From Raillietiella orientalis (Eukaryota): a DNA stretch of 64,000 nt. The stretch spans positions 4,526,001-4,590,000 of the forward strand of contig JAYWIR010000005.1 in the NCBI GenBank assembly GCA_036172245.1, in the 5' to 3' direction. Numbering within the stretch: the first letter of the stretch is position 1; every line of letters begins with the position of its first letter. The notes beneath the pieces are model-generated. The model was not told the origin of the DNA. It was given only the letters and a program-made list of their open reading frames with translations, and searched no databases. The position numbers and the translations under genes are program-made. Positions 36,031 through 47,999 of this stretch are shown in pieces.

Positions 36031-38749
36031 TTCCAGCTCTTGTCTTCTAGCAACCTAATGATGCGAACGGGATCACATCTGACTCGAGCTTATCAGTCCG
36101 TTTGCCCTTATAGACTCACCAAAGCGCGCATTCCACACAGTCGCGCGCTTCCCTTTACGTAAAAAAATAAAAAAGGAAAGGCACCAGGATGTGGCTGGTG
36201 TGCCGTGGATGTTCAAGTATTCGTTTCAATGTGCATTCCGAGCAGTAGGCTACTGGTAACAAAACAGGTCTTCTGTGTGTTGCTGGTCTAAAGTAGATGG
36301 CTGTATAGTAGCCTGGAAACGAAATGCTCTCCAGCTGTTCCCTTAGACTGCTTTTCTTTTCCCCTCCGGAAGCCAAATCTATTTCATGCATATCTAAGAA
36401 AATCGTTGTTCGCTCCGAAGTTCTATGAAGACTTGTCAGAGCTTCAGATTATGCCGAGCTTGTTCTTAGCCTTTACTCCACTCTTACACCGACAACCTCC
36501 TTTTTGATGTTCACTATCCTTGAAAATGTCCTGCATATTGCGACATGGGCAAATCGAAAGTTGGAGTCCTGTAAGGAGTATCGCCTGTCAGAACATACAA
36601 CGATAAATCCAAACATGGAGAGAACTGAGAGGATGGGATTGCTAAAAATGTGTAGGTGTTTGCATACGGTTTGCTAGGCGCTTAACGGAAACGTACACCA
36701 GAGTGTTCACTTATACAGGGCTGGATTCCCAGTCTCTTGTTCTCAGATAAATTCGGGAACACGAATTCTTCCGGTGGTACAAGATCAACATTCGGAGTGG
36801 AAGATAAACGCGCTATTTAAAATGCTAACCCCTGTAAGAATAGGCTGATCTTCGTTTTATGATGCATCCTTGGGTGGATGAAGAGAGAGCGCGTAAATGT
36901 CTCAAAACGGTATTCTTCGGCATCAAAAGCACAAGTGGTGAGAGGTTTCCACGTGGAGAAACTTGCCCAGCTGTTCTGGCCAGGAATGTTTCTGATTTAT
37001 GGCGCATTCTTACCGAATTGTCTGGCTAACGAGCTCAGTGCAACCATCCCTCACCCTCCTCATTGCTTACCTAAGGTGAACTTAAGGATGCTTTACTGTC
37101 CGTAATCACTTGCCAAACTCCAGGTGGAAAACTGATTTGTTAGCAAATATATTTCTTTTAAAACAGTCATAAAAAAAAAAAGGAAAAAAAGCAGCTGGTA
37201 TTCCCTTTCATGCCCCATAATTCTACAACATTTGAATATCCTTTTATTTCAAAGGCGCCGATGACATTGCTGGTGCTTATAAATTTCGTGTTCCATGATG
37301 AAACTTCATCAGGAATTTCCTATTTTCCGCGCAGGCAGGCATTTGTTTTCCAAAGTGGAGATTTCATATTTGACGTTCCTCTGCTGTAGTGGGTGAAAGT
37401 GAAAGCCCTTAGATTGTCCAGAGGCTGTTCAGCAAAGAGTAACGGAGCTCTCTTGTGCAGGACGAGAGGTGTTCCCAATGAACTTACTATGTATTATTTT
37501 CCTCATGCTGTCAAACTGATCCTGCTTGATTCCATGCAAACTAAAAAATCACAGAAGAGCTTTGCGCTCATCAAGTGTTGAGAAACACCGTTCGACTCTT
37601 CATGTTCTCCTGGAAGAGAGAAATGACGAAATAGCCTTCGACTCTGAAATAAAATATCCCTCCGCTTGTTATGAAAGAAACCACCAGATGCAGAACCACC
37701 ATCAAAGAAAGCATGTTATCTATTTATCAACTTGTTGGGTCTTTATTATACGTTGCTTGCTTTCACTGACTTTATAGGTGTGCCACATGCTTCCAGAATA
37801 CATCCGCAGAACACTGGAGCAAGGCGGAACCTAATTCATTAAAATCTTCCTCAACAGAAACCCAAGATCGCAGTTGGCTATTTGCAACTTCGAAAACTGT
37901 CCGCAGAGAATTCGCGTCTTGCCCTGCCAGCTACAGCAGCTGCAATAAAATGCTTCTGATATAATACATTGTAATACAATCGTTGCAGATTCTCTAGAGA
38001 CTCTGGAAGCTAAATTTCTGCATCGTTCTTATTAAGTCAAATGAAACGAATCAAGTGTGGCACGAGCGGATCAAATTGCTTTTTCTTTTTTTCTCAAAAA
38101 AGGATTACATACTAAATGTTTTTATTGATGCATGAGACTGGAAGCAGATCACTATCAAGTAAGTCGCACAAGTGTGAATTGTCTTTGTTGATAACCAATC
38201 TTTAGACCTTTGAAAATCGGTACACATAACACGAACTAAACTTGCAAAATGAAAGCAGAGGGGATTCATTTGTCCAGATTCCTCGGCGTTGGGCTCTGTC
38301 TGTCTAACGGAACGGGCAAGAATATGGTGACTCGGAAGGTTTCTCCTGTGCCACTGGTCGCCAGGCATCGCTGGGATAAATCAGATAAATTTAGGATCTT
38401 TCTTTGCTTCCAGCCACAGATACGAGCGTCTTGCGCATGGACTTGGGACCAAGCCAGATTCAATGTGCAGATGGCTGACACACCAAACCTCCGGGTCGAT
38501 TTTCATTTGGATCCTGAATTAATCCAAGGATCAGCGTTTCACGAATGCACTGGGCACCGTTCTCACACAAGAAGGCCCTGCAGATAGTAGCACCGGTAGG
38601 GCCCTGACTTTGTATACTGGAACTGCTGTAGTAGCGGACTCGCAATGCAGGCTGTTGAGTTGAGATGATGAGCTCGCGCATGATTGCAGATGAGCTCGCG
38701 CATCTGTTCCTTGAAGGCACTTGGAGCCATTCCCTGTTACAATTCCCAC

Positions 38750-38993
38750 TCGAGATTTCGTAAGGGATTCAAGAGAGGGATTTTCCACAGCTTTCATCGT
38801 TTCCTCGTCGCCGGCGGGGAGTCATGCAAGGCACGGTTTGCCGTGGGTATCAGCATCAGCGAACTGGACTTCCAATGCTCCATTTTCTCATCTTTCGGGA
38901 TAGCCTGATGGCGACTCCTCACGACCAACGTCAGCTACCAAAACCCTCTTCAGTCTATCAGTCAGACTGGAGCAGCATCCAAACTTTGGTTCG
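38750..38993 (+). mobile_element. LINE RT core fragment, inverted paralogue of 40,710-40,950
   Basis: Clear reverse-complement similarity, roughly 80% by eye; 'MLHFLIFRDSL...DWSSIQTLVR'. Confidence 0.75.
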
Positions 38994-39229
38994 TGAGGTT
39001 GTGTGGTCTTTCGTTTAAGAAGGGATGCAGATCCTAGAGAGATCCAAATAGGTCAGAGAACCTTCAAGTAGCCTTCCTAGAAGGCGAACGCGTGAGGACA
39101 AGAGAACGCCGCATATACGATGAGCAAAGTTATTCGTAAACTATCGCCATCAGGCAATCCCGATTTTTTATCTTTCGGACGAAGGTTTCGATTTTCCCCA
39201 AGTCCCACAAGGGGTGAGGTAAATTTATT

Positions 39230-40990
39230 TATCTTTTCATCATTTACTCTACATCTTCATTCACTCTATCAGTTCAGTCACACCACAGATGTCACTTAGA
39301 AGTCACCTTTTTGGGTTACATTGATGTTCTGCATTCAGGGGGAATTGGGCGTCGTCTGTGCCCGGGCGTTGTCCTCAATCCTCTTCAGGATGTATCGGTA
39401 CGTCCAGGCCGGCACTCTTCCACGATTGCGTGTGCCGATCTCCTACTGGATAAGCCCTTTCAGGATTTCCATCGGAGATGCGGCCGTCCTGGAGGTCTTC
39501 ATCTTCCACCATCGCACAAGGATGGCCGTTATGAAGAGGGCGATGGTCATCCTCACCATGGGACTGTAACAGGGAACGTTCCCATTTCCTTGGAACATCC
39601 CTGCTAGAACTCCCATGACTGGAGTGGTGGGCAGCCCTATGACCCTTTTCAGGGCTTGCTAGTCGTGGAGCAGGGTGGGACAGGTCAAGACGTGAAGTCT
39701 CTTGTCGCTACCACCATATGCTCTGCAGTTCTCGTCGTCATGTCTTCCTGTGAAGTGCTGCATCCTAGACCCGCTCAGGATTCCTCCGTGATAAAACATC
39801 AGGAGGTTATCCTGGGTGTCTGGCGGTAAATCACTCCTGCAGAGCGTCGTGCCGATCGCTAACAGGTTGACCCTGTCGCTCCTGTAGCGATCAGTGGCTT
39901 CTTGGAGGGCACTGGTGTTCTTGTCTTCCCGTTTGATCAGACTTCGGAGGTTCTGCTTGTTCACCCTAGACCACGCAAAGTTATTGTGGTTTTTCCACAC
40001 TTCGCGTGTCCTGTGGTTGTATCCTCCTATCATCATCTCGATGTACCGGAGTACTTGGGAATGGTGAAGATAGCCTCCTCTTCTCCATTCCTGGATTCTT
40101 TGCAAGGTAACTCTGGGCCGCTGGTAGATCCAACTCCTCGTGCCCGAAGGCACTAGGAGCATCCACAGGATCAAAAAGATGGATTCCTCTTGCAGAGTTC
40201 CTTACTCTTCGGCACAATCTTCAGTTGGTGATTTCGCACCAGCCGTTGTTTTCTTCTCCAGGTGGGATCCACAGTAAATCATTGTCCTGCTCGGCCTAGC
40301 AGCGCAGTCATCGGACCTTTCGAGTTGTTGAGCAACACCGAATAGGCCTTGTGCGCCGCATAGGGCTAGTCGTCCCAGTGAGCAGCAATATCCAGGATTT
40401 GTCGCGTATCCATGATTCCCACGGAATGTGCCAGCGACTTCATCCCGGAACCACCCTCCTTTGGACGACACAAGGGTTTAAGTCTGACCCTCGGTCGATA
40501 GCAACCCCGAAAGGTTTTCCGTTGCAGCTTCTCTACTTCTCCTGTGGTGTCCTTGCTCATTCTGGAGAAGACTGCTCCAAAGAGTACCTTTGGAAGGAGT
40601 ACTCCATTCCAGAGGTTGGCCTCCCTCTTCATGCCAAAGTCCCGTCGAGTGTATTTTGCCGCTTCTTTCGCCGTTTTCGCCAGGATTTCTTTCCGCAGTA
40701 GCTTGGATGCGGACGAGGGTTTCGATGCAGCTCCAGTCTGATCTCAGTTTACCAGAGGGTTTTGGTAGCTGAGGTTGGTCGCGAGCTGTCGCCATCAGGC
40801 TATCCCGAAAGATGAAAAAATGGAGCATTGGAAGTCCAGTTCTCTGCCGCTGATACCCATGGCAAACAGTGCCTCGATGACCCCGCCGGCGACGAGGAAA
40901 CGATGAAAGCTATGGAAAATTCCTCTCTTGCATCTCTTACGTAATGTCGAATCTTTCAAGTAGTTTATCCTTTGGAGTCAGCTGGAGCGG
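39230..40990 (-). mobile_element. Best-preserved L1-clade LINE relic (RT core, post-RT, zf-RVT)
   Basis: 'NLWNGVLLPKVLF...RVRLKPLCRPKEGGSGMKSL' and 'LPPDTQDNLLMFYHGGILSGSRM...DDENCRAYGG...HVLTCP' are characteristic L1 ORF2 C-terminal blocks. Confidence 0.85.
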
Positions 40991-41949
40991 AGATGGAGAA
41001 TTCCTCAAACCTTCAGTTCGGTCTCTTGCGGACTAACTCGCGAACAAGAAAAATGGATACTTTAGGATGAACTCGTCAAATTGAACTCGAGATTCCAGAG
41101 AATTTCACTCGTGGAAGATAGTTTTGTCATTTGGCACATGCTGTTTCTCTCTATATGTCTTTTCTTTTTTTTTTTTTTTTTACTCCTATTTTCTATTGTG
41201 GAATGTGGGAAAGAATCTTCGTGAACATTTCGGACACTCTCGACGCCTGAGGTAGGGAGGCTAATCATGGAAACGAATGCGGTACTTCGAAAGTATTGGC
41301 TTGAAAGAAGAAAAAAAAGTCGCGGGCTGCCCTATTTAAGATCCCTGCGTCCCATTCCTGAAACGGTTTGTTTTTACCAGAAAAATCAAAGCAGGAAGCG
41401 AAATGACGCGTGAATTTCGAAATCGCAAAAGAAAAAGGAAACAAAAAAAAAGAAGCCTATCTGGAATAAATGGTGCAAACTTTCGATCTTCCTGAGGCAC
41501 TAGAGATGCACCAAGTCCCGCAAGAGCGGTCCTGAGAAGAAGAAGAAGAAGAACAACAAAAAAAAAACCGAAACGCAGGTAACAAATCAAAATGACAATC
41601 CCAGCGTGTTTAAGATTCCATAGATAACCGAGCCACAGCTATGCACTCCCATTCTAAATGCATACTGGATTGACTTCAGGAAACTGCGAGCTCTTTGGAT
41701 TCGTTGAACGCCGCCCAGCTGACGTGTCGAGAGCTTTGCTTTCACAGTTTGAAGTTAAAAATATATAGACGCCAGTAGATAAGTGCTTGGTAAAGTATGA
41801 TTCTGCTCGAGATTCCATTTTTTTTTTTTTTGCCTTGTTCTCGGGATGCTGCGTTGATATTTATGATTCTGTGATCATGTGTGAGTCGGTCTGTCTTTCT
41901 TTCTTGGCAAGCTGTGGTGCTGGCAGAAATCGATTCTGGTGCTCAGTAC

Positions 41950-42400
41950 TGAACATCATTTATTGGATGAGCGGAAAAGCCCCCAGAAATGACGTTCAGC
42001 CCTTGAGCAGCTCTGCATTTGTTGTTCGTTGTGTTCCTTGAGTGATGACATCCAGGAGCTGCAGATTGATGTGCATTTTATGCAGTCTTTTTGTTTTCGC
42101 TTCTACCGACTTCGAGAGGCGGCATCCAGCCACACGTGGCGCTCGGCGATTCTGCTCATCCGGATGCTCTGGCCTCTTTCCCTGCTCCATCCACATCCTC
42201 TCCATCCAAGTCGTGGCAGTGACGGACCGAGGTCCGTCGCTGCCGCGCGGAAGGAATACTCGAAGAACGCTACTTCGAGCGTGCTTGTAGGTGAACTGCG
42301 GCGTCTGGGAAAAGACGCGAAAGACAAAAGTTTTCTTTGCTCCGCATCTTTCAAGCAGCCTCCAAAGTGAGAATTCATCTTTTGTCTCTTTAAACGTGCC
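41950..42400 (-). mobile_element. Possible LINE endonuclease C-terminal fragment
   Basis: 'PQFTYKHARSSVLRVFL' resembles 'P.FT.....SRLD.FL'. Confidence 0.35.
42212..42247. repeat. 17-bp-arm quasi-palindrome
   Basis: Arms 42,212-42,228 / 42,231-42,247 with two T:G mismatches. Confidence 0.9.
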
Positions 42401-42569
42401 CCGGGAAGGGGAGAGAGGGAGAGGGGGGGGGGGGTAATCGAAAGGCGTGGTTACCACGGAAGTCAAGTCTGGTGTGGGTGGAGACGAAGCAAAAACTCAT
42501 GAAACGGCTCGAGCATCCAGCGGCCAGGGTCCTCGGACGAATACCTTCTGTTTATCAGCCCATCGAAGT

Positions 42570-42960
42570 ACTCCCGAACCGTCCACCCAGAAGCTCAGGA
42601 AGCTCTTTGACTCTCTCCACGCTACCCGAGGGTGCGTATTTACTCGTCAAGTCAGGAGGTACCCTGGGCTATGAATTCAGGAAGGGCTCCAGAGCAAGGA
42701 GTTCGTTCCTACTACGCTTGGGAGGGAACCCCGAAGGGACTTCTTCCCTTCCTCATTCTTTCCTCGTTTCTTCTCCGAAGGGAGCCGGGAAAGGATCCTC
42801 TCCTGGAATTTCTTCCCCGGAGGGAGCTCTCAAGGGAACCGCTCCCTGTTTCCCCCTCTGAAGAGAACCCCAAAGGGAACCGACTCCTTGATTCCTGGAA
42901 GGATCCCCGAGCAGTACTGGTGAGCCAACGGGGGGATGCCCGATTCCCGGCGTGCCCACG
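42570..42960 (+). mobile_element. LINE RT core, family B copy 1
   Basis: Nucleotide similarity to 63,550-63,930 (direct) and 54,340-54,570 (inverted); 'KLFDSLHATRGCV'. Confidence 0.65.
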
Positions 42961-43049
42961 ATTTTTTAGCGTCGATCCTCCACGTGGGAGCTCGGAGCCG
43001 CAACGGACTTGGAGATGCGCGGTGGCCGCCAACGCGGGCTTGTAGGTGA

Positions 43050-43750
43050 TTATGGCGCATCTCGTTCTCGCTGCTCCGACCTCCGAAGATCGCAGTATAC
43101 AGCATCTGATGTCGTAAACAGATCTGTAGGTTCACGTGATTCTGGATGATTCGAGAAAATAACGGTTCGCGATTGGCTTCTTTCGCTGGACGTTCCAGGT
43201 TCTCTCGAATTGGATTCATTGTTCCTCCAGAATTGAATTCCTCCTAAATAATCGGAGGATGAGGAAGTTCTGAATTGCTCGTACGCCATTCGATGGAGAC
43301 AATAAAGATGAAATACACCGATACCGTCATGCCGATGTTGTCAAGTAATTTTGCTGGGCTTTGAAGACGACGGCTCAATCGCAGCTCGGGAACAGGAACT
43401 GCATCATTCTAAAAGTCAGCATCCCTCACTGTCGCATGTTTCGTGGGAAAAGCTCCCCACTGCTTCAAGGTTCGGCCTCTCCAATTTCCGATGGGTGTAC
43501 AGTGCTGCCACTGCTGGAGAGAAAAAAGGTGAAATTTTCATGGGTTTTAGATGTTTTTCTACTCTTTCCCGTGAGAATCCTACAGCGCACTCACAAATGC
43601 CGCCTTTGAGTTTCGTTCCCATGGCTTCCCTGTTCACATGAAACCCTTTGATCCTGCTTATAGGATCCATACACATCGGGAGTGATTTCGATTCTCCACC
43701 GTTTTCCTTTGTTCTTCGCAAATTCCACCGAAGCAAACCAGGTGTTGTCG
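43050..43750 (-). mobile_element. Decayed LINE RT fragment
   Basis: 'GFSRERVEKHLKPMKISPFF', 'DYLGGI' and 'RIIQNHVNLQIC' in order. Confidence 0.4.
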
Positions 43751-43984
43751 TGGAAACCGGACAAGAATCATTTCATCAGGGTTCCTGAGGAGTCTCATTC
43801 CCTTATGAATTGCAGCATGCTGGAATGAAGAAGTACCTGACCTCTAAACAGACGGACGGTTCCTCTAAAATGAGCACCTGCCGATCCCACATTCGAGGTG
43901 CATAGGAGGAAGAAAATCATCTCATGGCATCCCTGGTTAGGTGAAAGCACCGGGATCCAGGGAAAGCTAGCCCTTCCCAGCACA

Positions 43985-44565
43985 GCAGAGTCCGACTTCG
44001 GGGCGGTTCCTGTGCAACCAGCAACACCTTGCATTCCTAGCTTACAGATTCATCCATGCGGCGCGGCCAAACCCTCTTCTGCTCGTGCGGGCATCGCCCA
44101 GCAGCCTTGCCCGTCAGGAGATGCGAAAGATCCTGAACGCACGCGTCAGCGACCAGGTCGCCGAGGGGCGTGGCAAGCTGATGCAGCACTGCTCAACGCG
44201 GACCTCATCTCGAAGCATCGGCAACTGGTGGACTCCAGTCGACCCATTTCCGGGAAAGGACACCAGCGAGAAAGGAAAGCACTCGGGCGCGATGGACGTT
44301 GGGCTTTGCCTGCTCCCAAGGAACACGCGGAAACGGCGCTGGAAGAGACGCGGCACAAGAAGGAGTGAGAATACGGGGCGTTTGCCCTCTTCCGCTTGGC
44401 GTCCAAAGAAGCGCCTGCATCCGCGAGAGCAAGCGTCGCAGGGAAGAAGAAGGGAGCGGAACGCATTGCGAAGGGGATGGTGTCCTGGAACACTCGATAA
44501 TTCAGGGGTGGGCCTTGGAAGTATTGAGTGCGTTCACTGCCCGTAATGACAGAACCTTCAAGAAT
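43985..44565 (+). repeat. Inverted repeat IR2, right copy (LINE RT N-terminal fragment)
   Basis: Reverse complement of 30,470-31,050; 'PSGDAKDPERTRQRP', 'ALLNADLISK' and 'GAFALFRLASKEA' fit RT subdomains 1-3. Confidence 0.98.
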
Positions 44566-44649
44566 CACACGGCTTTGTGGAAAAAAGAACTCTGCTCACA
44601 CGTGTCTGTAACTGAAAGCCCCTACGGTGAAGCCACCTAACTTGAAAAT

Positions 44650-45600
44650 TTGAATTACAGCATACTCACCAGATGGCGAGGCCTCATACTTCATCTCGAC
44701 GGCTTCCGCGGGCTCAACATGAATCCGAAAACTTGAGCCGAAAGCTTCTAAGCAATGAAGCCTAAGACTGCTCAGAAGAATCCCATTCGGAATATCTTTC
44801 TCGGTGATGCAACGGACTTGAAAGATCAAGAGCAAGAAGAGAACGAGTATGAAACATCCAGATGGAGTCAGGGAGCAACGAATGATCAGCAGCTGCTTAA
44901 TGAACCAATTGCGCATCCCAGCCTCCTCAGCTCGTTGCTGCCGGCAAGCCGATTCACACACTAAACGGTATCTCCATCTTTCTTGATTGCACAGGGTTGC
45001 TTGATTGATCAGCGGCTGAATTCTTGCAAAGGATTGAAGGGAACTTATCCAGACATCAAATCTTCGAGAGAAAAGTCTGCAATATGAATCAAGCAACCTC
45101 TTATAACAAGAAACACTCTATTGTCTCTTGGAAATGAAGGTGCTATTGAATGGTTTTGCGAAGTCAGACTACACCTCAATAAAAGGAACCAATCAAACAA
45201 GATGCCCATAAAAAGTGGTAGCAGCCCAGTTCGAGTAATCATAGCCTACATACACCCCATTAGAAAGTCGTGCCCGATGCGCTATGGTGCTGAAGCAGAA
45301 GAGTAAGCGACTGGAAGAACTACATTTCTGTTCTCTTTGATCCTGCGTAAAACAGACGGGCGTTCCATCCAAGGGAACTCGGGATCCCTCCAAAACGCAA
45401 CAGATAAATCGTAATCAAACAAGTTGGGAGTGGGCACCGCATGGAGTCCGTGTTTCCAGAGTTCTTTATTGAACCACGGCTGGACCCGAGACCCGAGAAA
45501 CTCTTGCTTCTCAAAAAAAAAGGCGTTCAGGACAAAGGACAGCACCACGAAAGCACAAGGTGCTTCCCACGTGCAGAGGAATCCAGCATTCAGCTGGAAT
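44650..45600 (-). mobile_element. Decayed LINE EN-linker fragment
   Basis: 'QPWFNKELW' (W.LN..L) followed by 'DSYCRLFS' (YY..LF). Confidence 0.4.
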
Positions 45601-46249
45601 GGCAAGGAAATGGTTTCCTTGTTTTTGACGTATAAGAGTCACACCTGGTTGGAGCCCAGTTGCACCTGAGGTCAGAAGATTTCTGGGGGACAGTTTGGTT
45701 CACAGTCCACGTACCCGACTAGTATTTGACGATTCGCCTCTTATACTATCACTACGTCACTCTGGAAGGTTTACTTCCCAAGCAGTAGAGAGTAGGATAT
45801 TTCTCCTACAGGACTCTGGAGTTCACGAAGTGAACCAACGACTTACGCGTTCTCCATGCAGAAAGACCAGAAGGGTTAAGGAGAAGGAAGAAATAAATAC
45901 AAAATAAATACATACATGGTTCAAGGATGGGATGGGATCGATTGCCACTCCCGTGGACTTCCATCAAAGTATCAGTCAACTCTAAGAGGCATCCTCCAGT
46001 TCTTGCTAACACTTGCTCGCACGAATTCAATCAGTCCGAAATGCCTGTATGCTTTTTATTTAATGATGGAAACAAATCACCCGTCGTATCCGGAATAAGA
46101 AAGTCCTTGATGACTCTGCCTAAGTAGAATACCATTATGACTAATTCTCCGTTTGAAATCAGAGGGTGTTTCTGCTCCCGATTAGAGGAAACATTCACAA
46201 TGGCAGATTCTCTACAGAGTTGCTCCATTGCAGGAGGGTTATCATCGAT

Positions 46250-46900
46250 AAGACAGTTTTTCCGACGGATTTCGGTTCTCCTGAGAAGTCAGCTGTAGCT
46301 GACGTTGAAGCCACGAGCATGCAGATTTCGTACCTCGGGAAGCGATGGGGTGAGGAAGGAGAGCAGGGGGGGGGAGGGGGGAAGTTCTGGAAAAATCGAA
46401 AGCTGCAACAGCCGAGTTGTGTACGTGTCAGCAGTGGTCCTTGTGGAAGATCTGAATGTCGTGTGTGAGAATCATTGCCGCAAAGCTGAAGCGTGTATCT
46501 GCATCAAGATTTCTCTCATCCCAGTCCTTGAGCTCCCTAGATATATTTGCACGATATGAGCACAGTTGAAACACTCTTCACAAACACTTCGAAGTCTGCA
46601 TTGAAGCATTTTGGGCCTTCGGTGCTGGGGTCTCGGTGTTCTAACGCTGGGATGCCCATTCACGGCGGCATTCAGGCACGCTTGCCCCCTCCCCGTCTAC
46701 GCACGGCACAAAGAGAAAAGAGGAAAAGTGCTCCGTTGTTTTGAGGAACCAAAAGCACAAGAAATGTGCAGCAGTACTTGCTTCCTTGCTCTGAGAACTC
46801 CGGCTCTCCAATGTAAACGAACTTGAAGTGCGCGAAGGAGACACCACAGTTCAAGAAGGAACTCACGAAGAGCACTTTGCAAAAAGGTAATAGAAGGATG
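46250..46900 (+). mobile_element. Decayed LINE post-RT fragment
   Basis: 'QISYLGK', 'FWKNRKLQQ', 'VYARHKEKRG'. Confidence 0.4.
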
Positions 46901-46949
46901 TAGAAATCATGGGATGCCTAGGAACGTATTTAAGTAAGAAGGGCGTGTT

Positions 46950-47960
46950 ATTTATCGAGGTCAGTAAGCTCAGCGCTGCTTGGTTGCTTATCGAAATACA
47001 CAAAGTGGAAAAATAAAGTGAAGGCAGAACAAGAGCGGAAACGGTAGAGTAGAGAGAGAGGACAATAAGGAAAGTCAAAATGGAGTCACTACATAAATAA
47101 AGATAAAATGAAAAACAAACAAGCAAACCTTCGTTGCTCCGCAACGCTTATCGGTTTATCATTGTTGCATATACTCCAAAAATGTAACAGTGGACTAGGA
47201 TTGTTGAAACTTCCAGAGTATTGTTGAGGTTTCCAGAAGAACCGCGACCGAAGTTTCTAGAAACCACTCCTTTTCGAATGTCCCCACCGTCGCAGAAAAC
47301 TCCACGAGTCGTTGAGAGGCGGCGTCTGGAGAGAATCAGAGAAAAGGCAATCAGAACGGCAAGCAGACTCGAGGAAAAATGGGCCCAGTTCCTTCCGTGC
47401 CGGCGCCCTCCGGCAAGCAGCTTCAGCAGCTTTCAGCAGGACCATGCTGACCCTACTATGAGGCAGACCTTGAAGCCATCCCTTCCTTGAGATAACTCCT
47501 GGGACATTGTTTCCTACTGGGCTTGCAGCCAGGAGGAGAGCTCCCAACGGTCTCAGCTCCAAGGCAGCACCCCAGGAACCGTAGCGGATGCTGGCGCGCC
47601 TACAGGAAGATACTGAGGGAACCGCTGAGATAGGCAAGTCTTTCATGAGAGTCCGTGGCCGCAGGTGGCTTATCCCATGATTCCTAAGCCAAAAAAAGAA
47701 GAAACTGCTTCCGGGAGTCTCTTGAAGAACGAGCGAGAAAAGGGAACAGCCTTTCGTACCGGACGGTAGGATGCTGGATGAGGAAAACACTTCCCTCAGC
47801 CGCTGAGAAGAGTGCCCAGGAAACGACGGTTCTGGTCCTGAGCTCCTAGAAGGGATGACCAGACCCGGTGATTCTACCGCACTATATAGACAAGGGCAGC
47901 GAATGATCCACGGAGCATCAGGCGATTCCCACCTGCCCATGAAGAAGATCCTCGTCACGC
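46950..47960 (-). mobile_element. Decayed LINE 3' fragment
   Basis: 'PGSSFFFFWLRNHGISHLRPR' (P...F.W...H..L..R); T-rich 3' UTR-like end at ~46,950-47,130. Confidence 0.55.
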
Positions 47961-47999
47961 CTGCGTTGTCTCCCCCCCTTCCCGTGAATTTTCCCTCCT

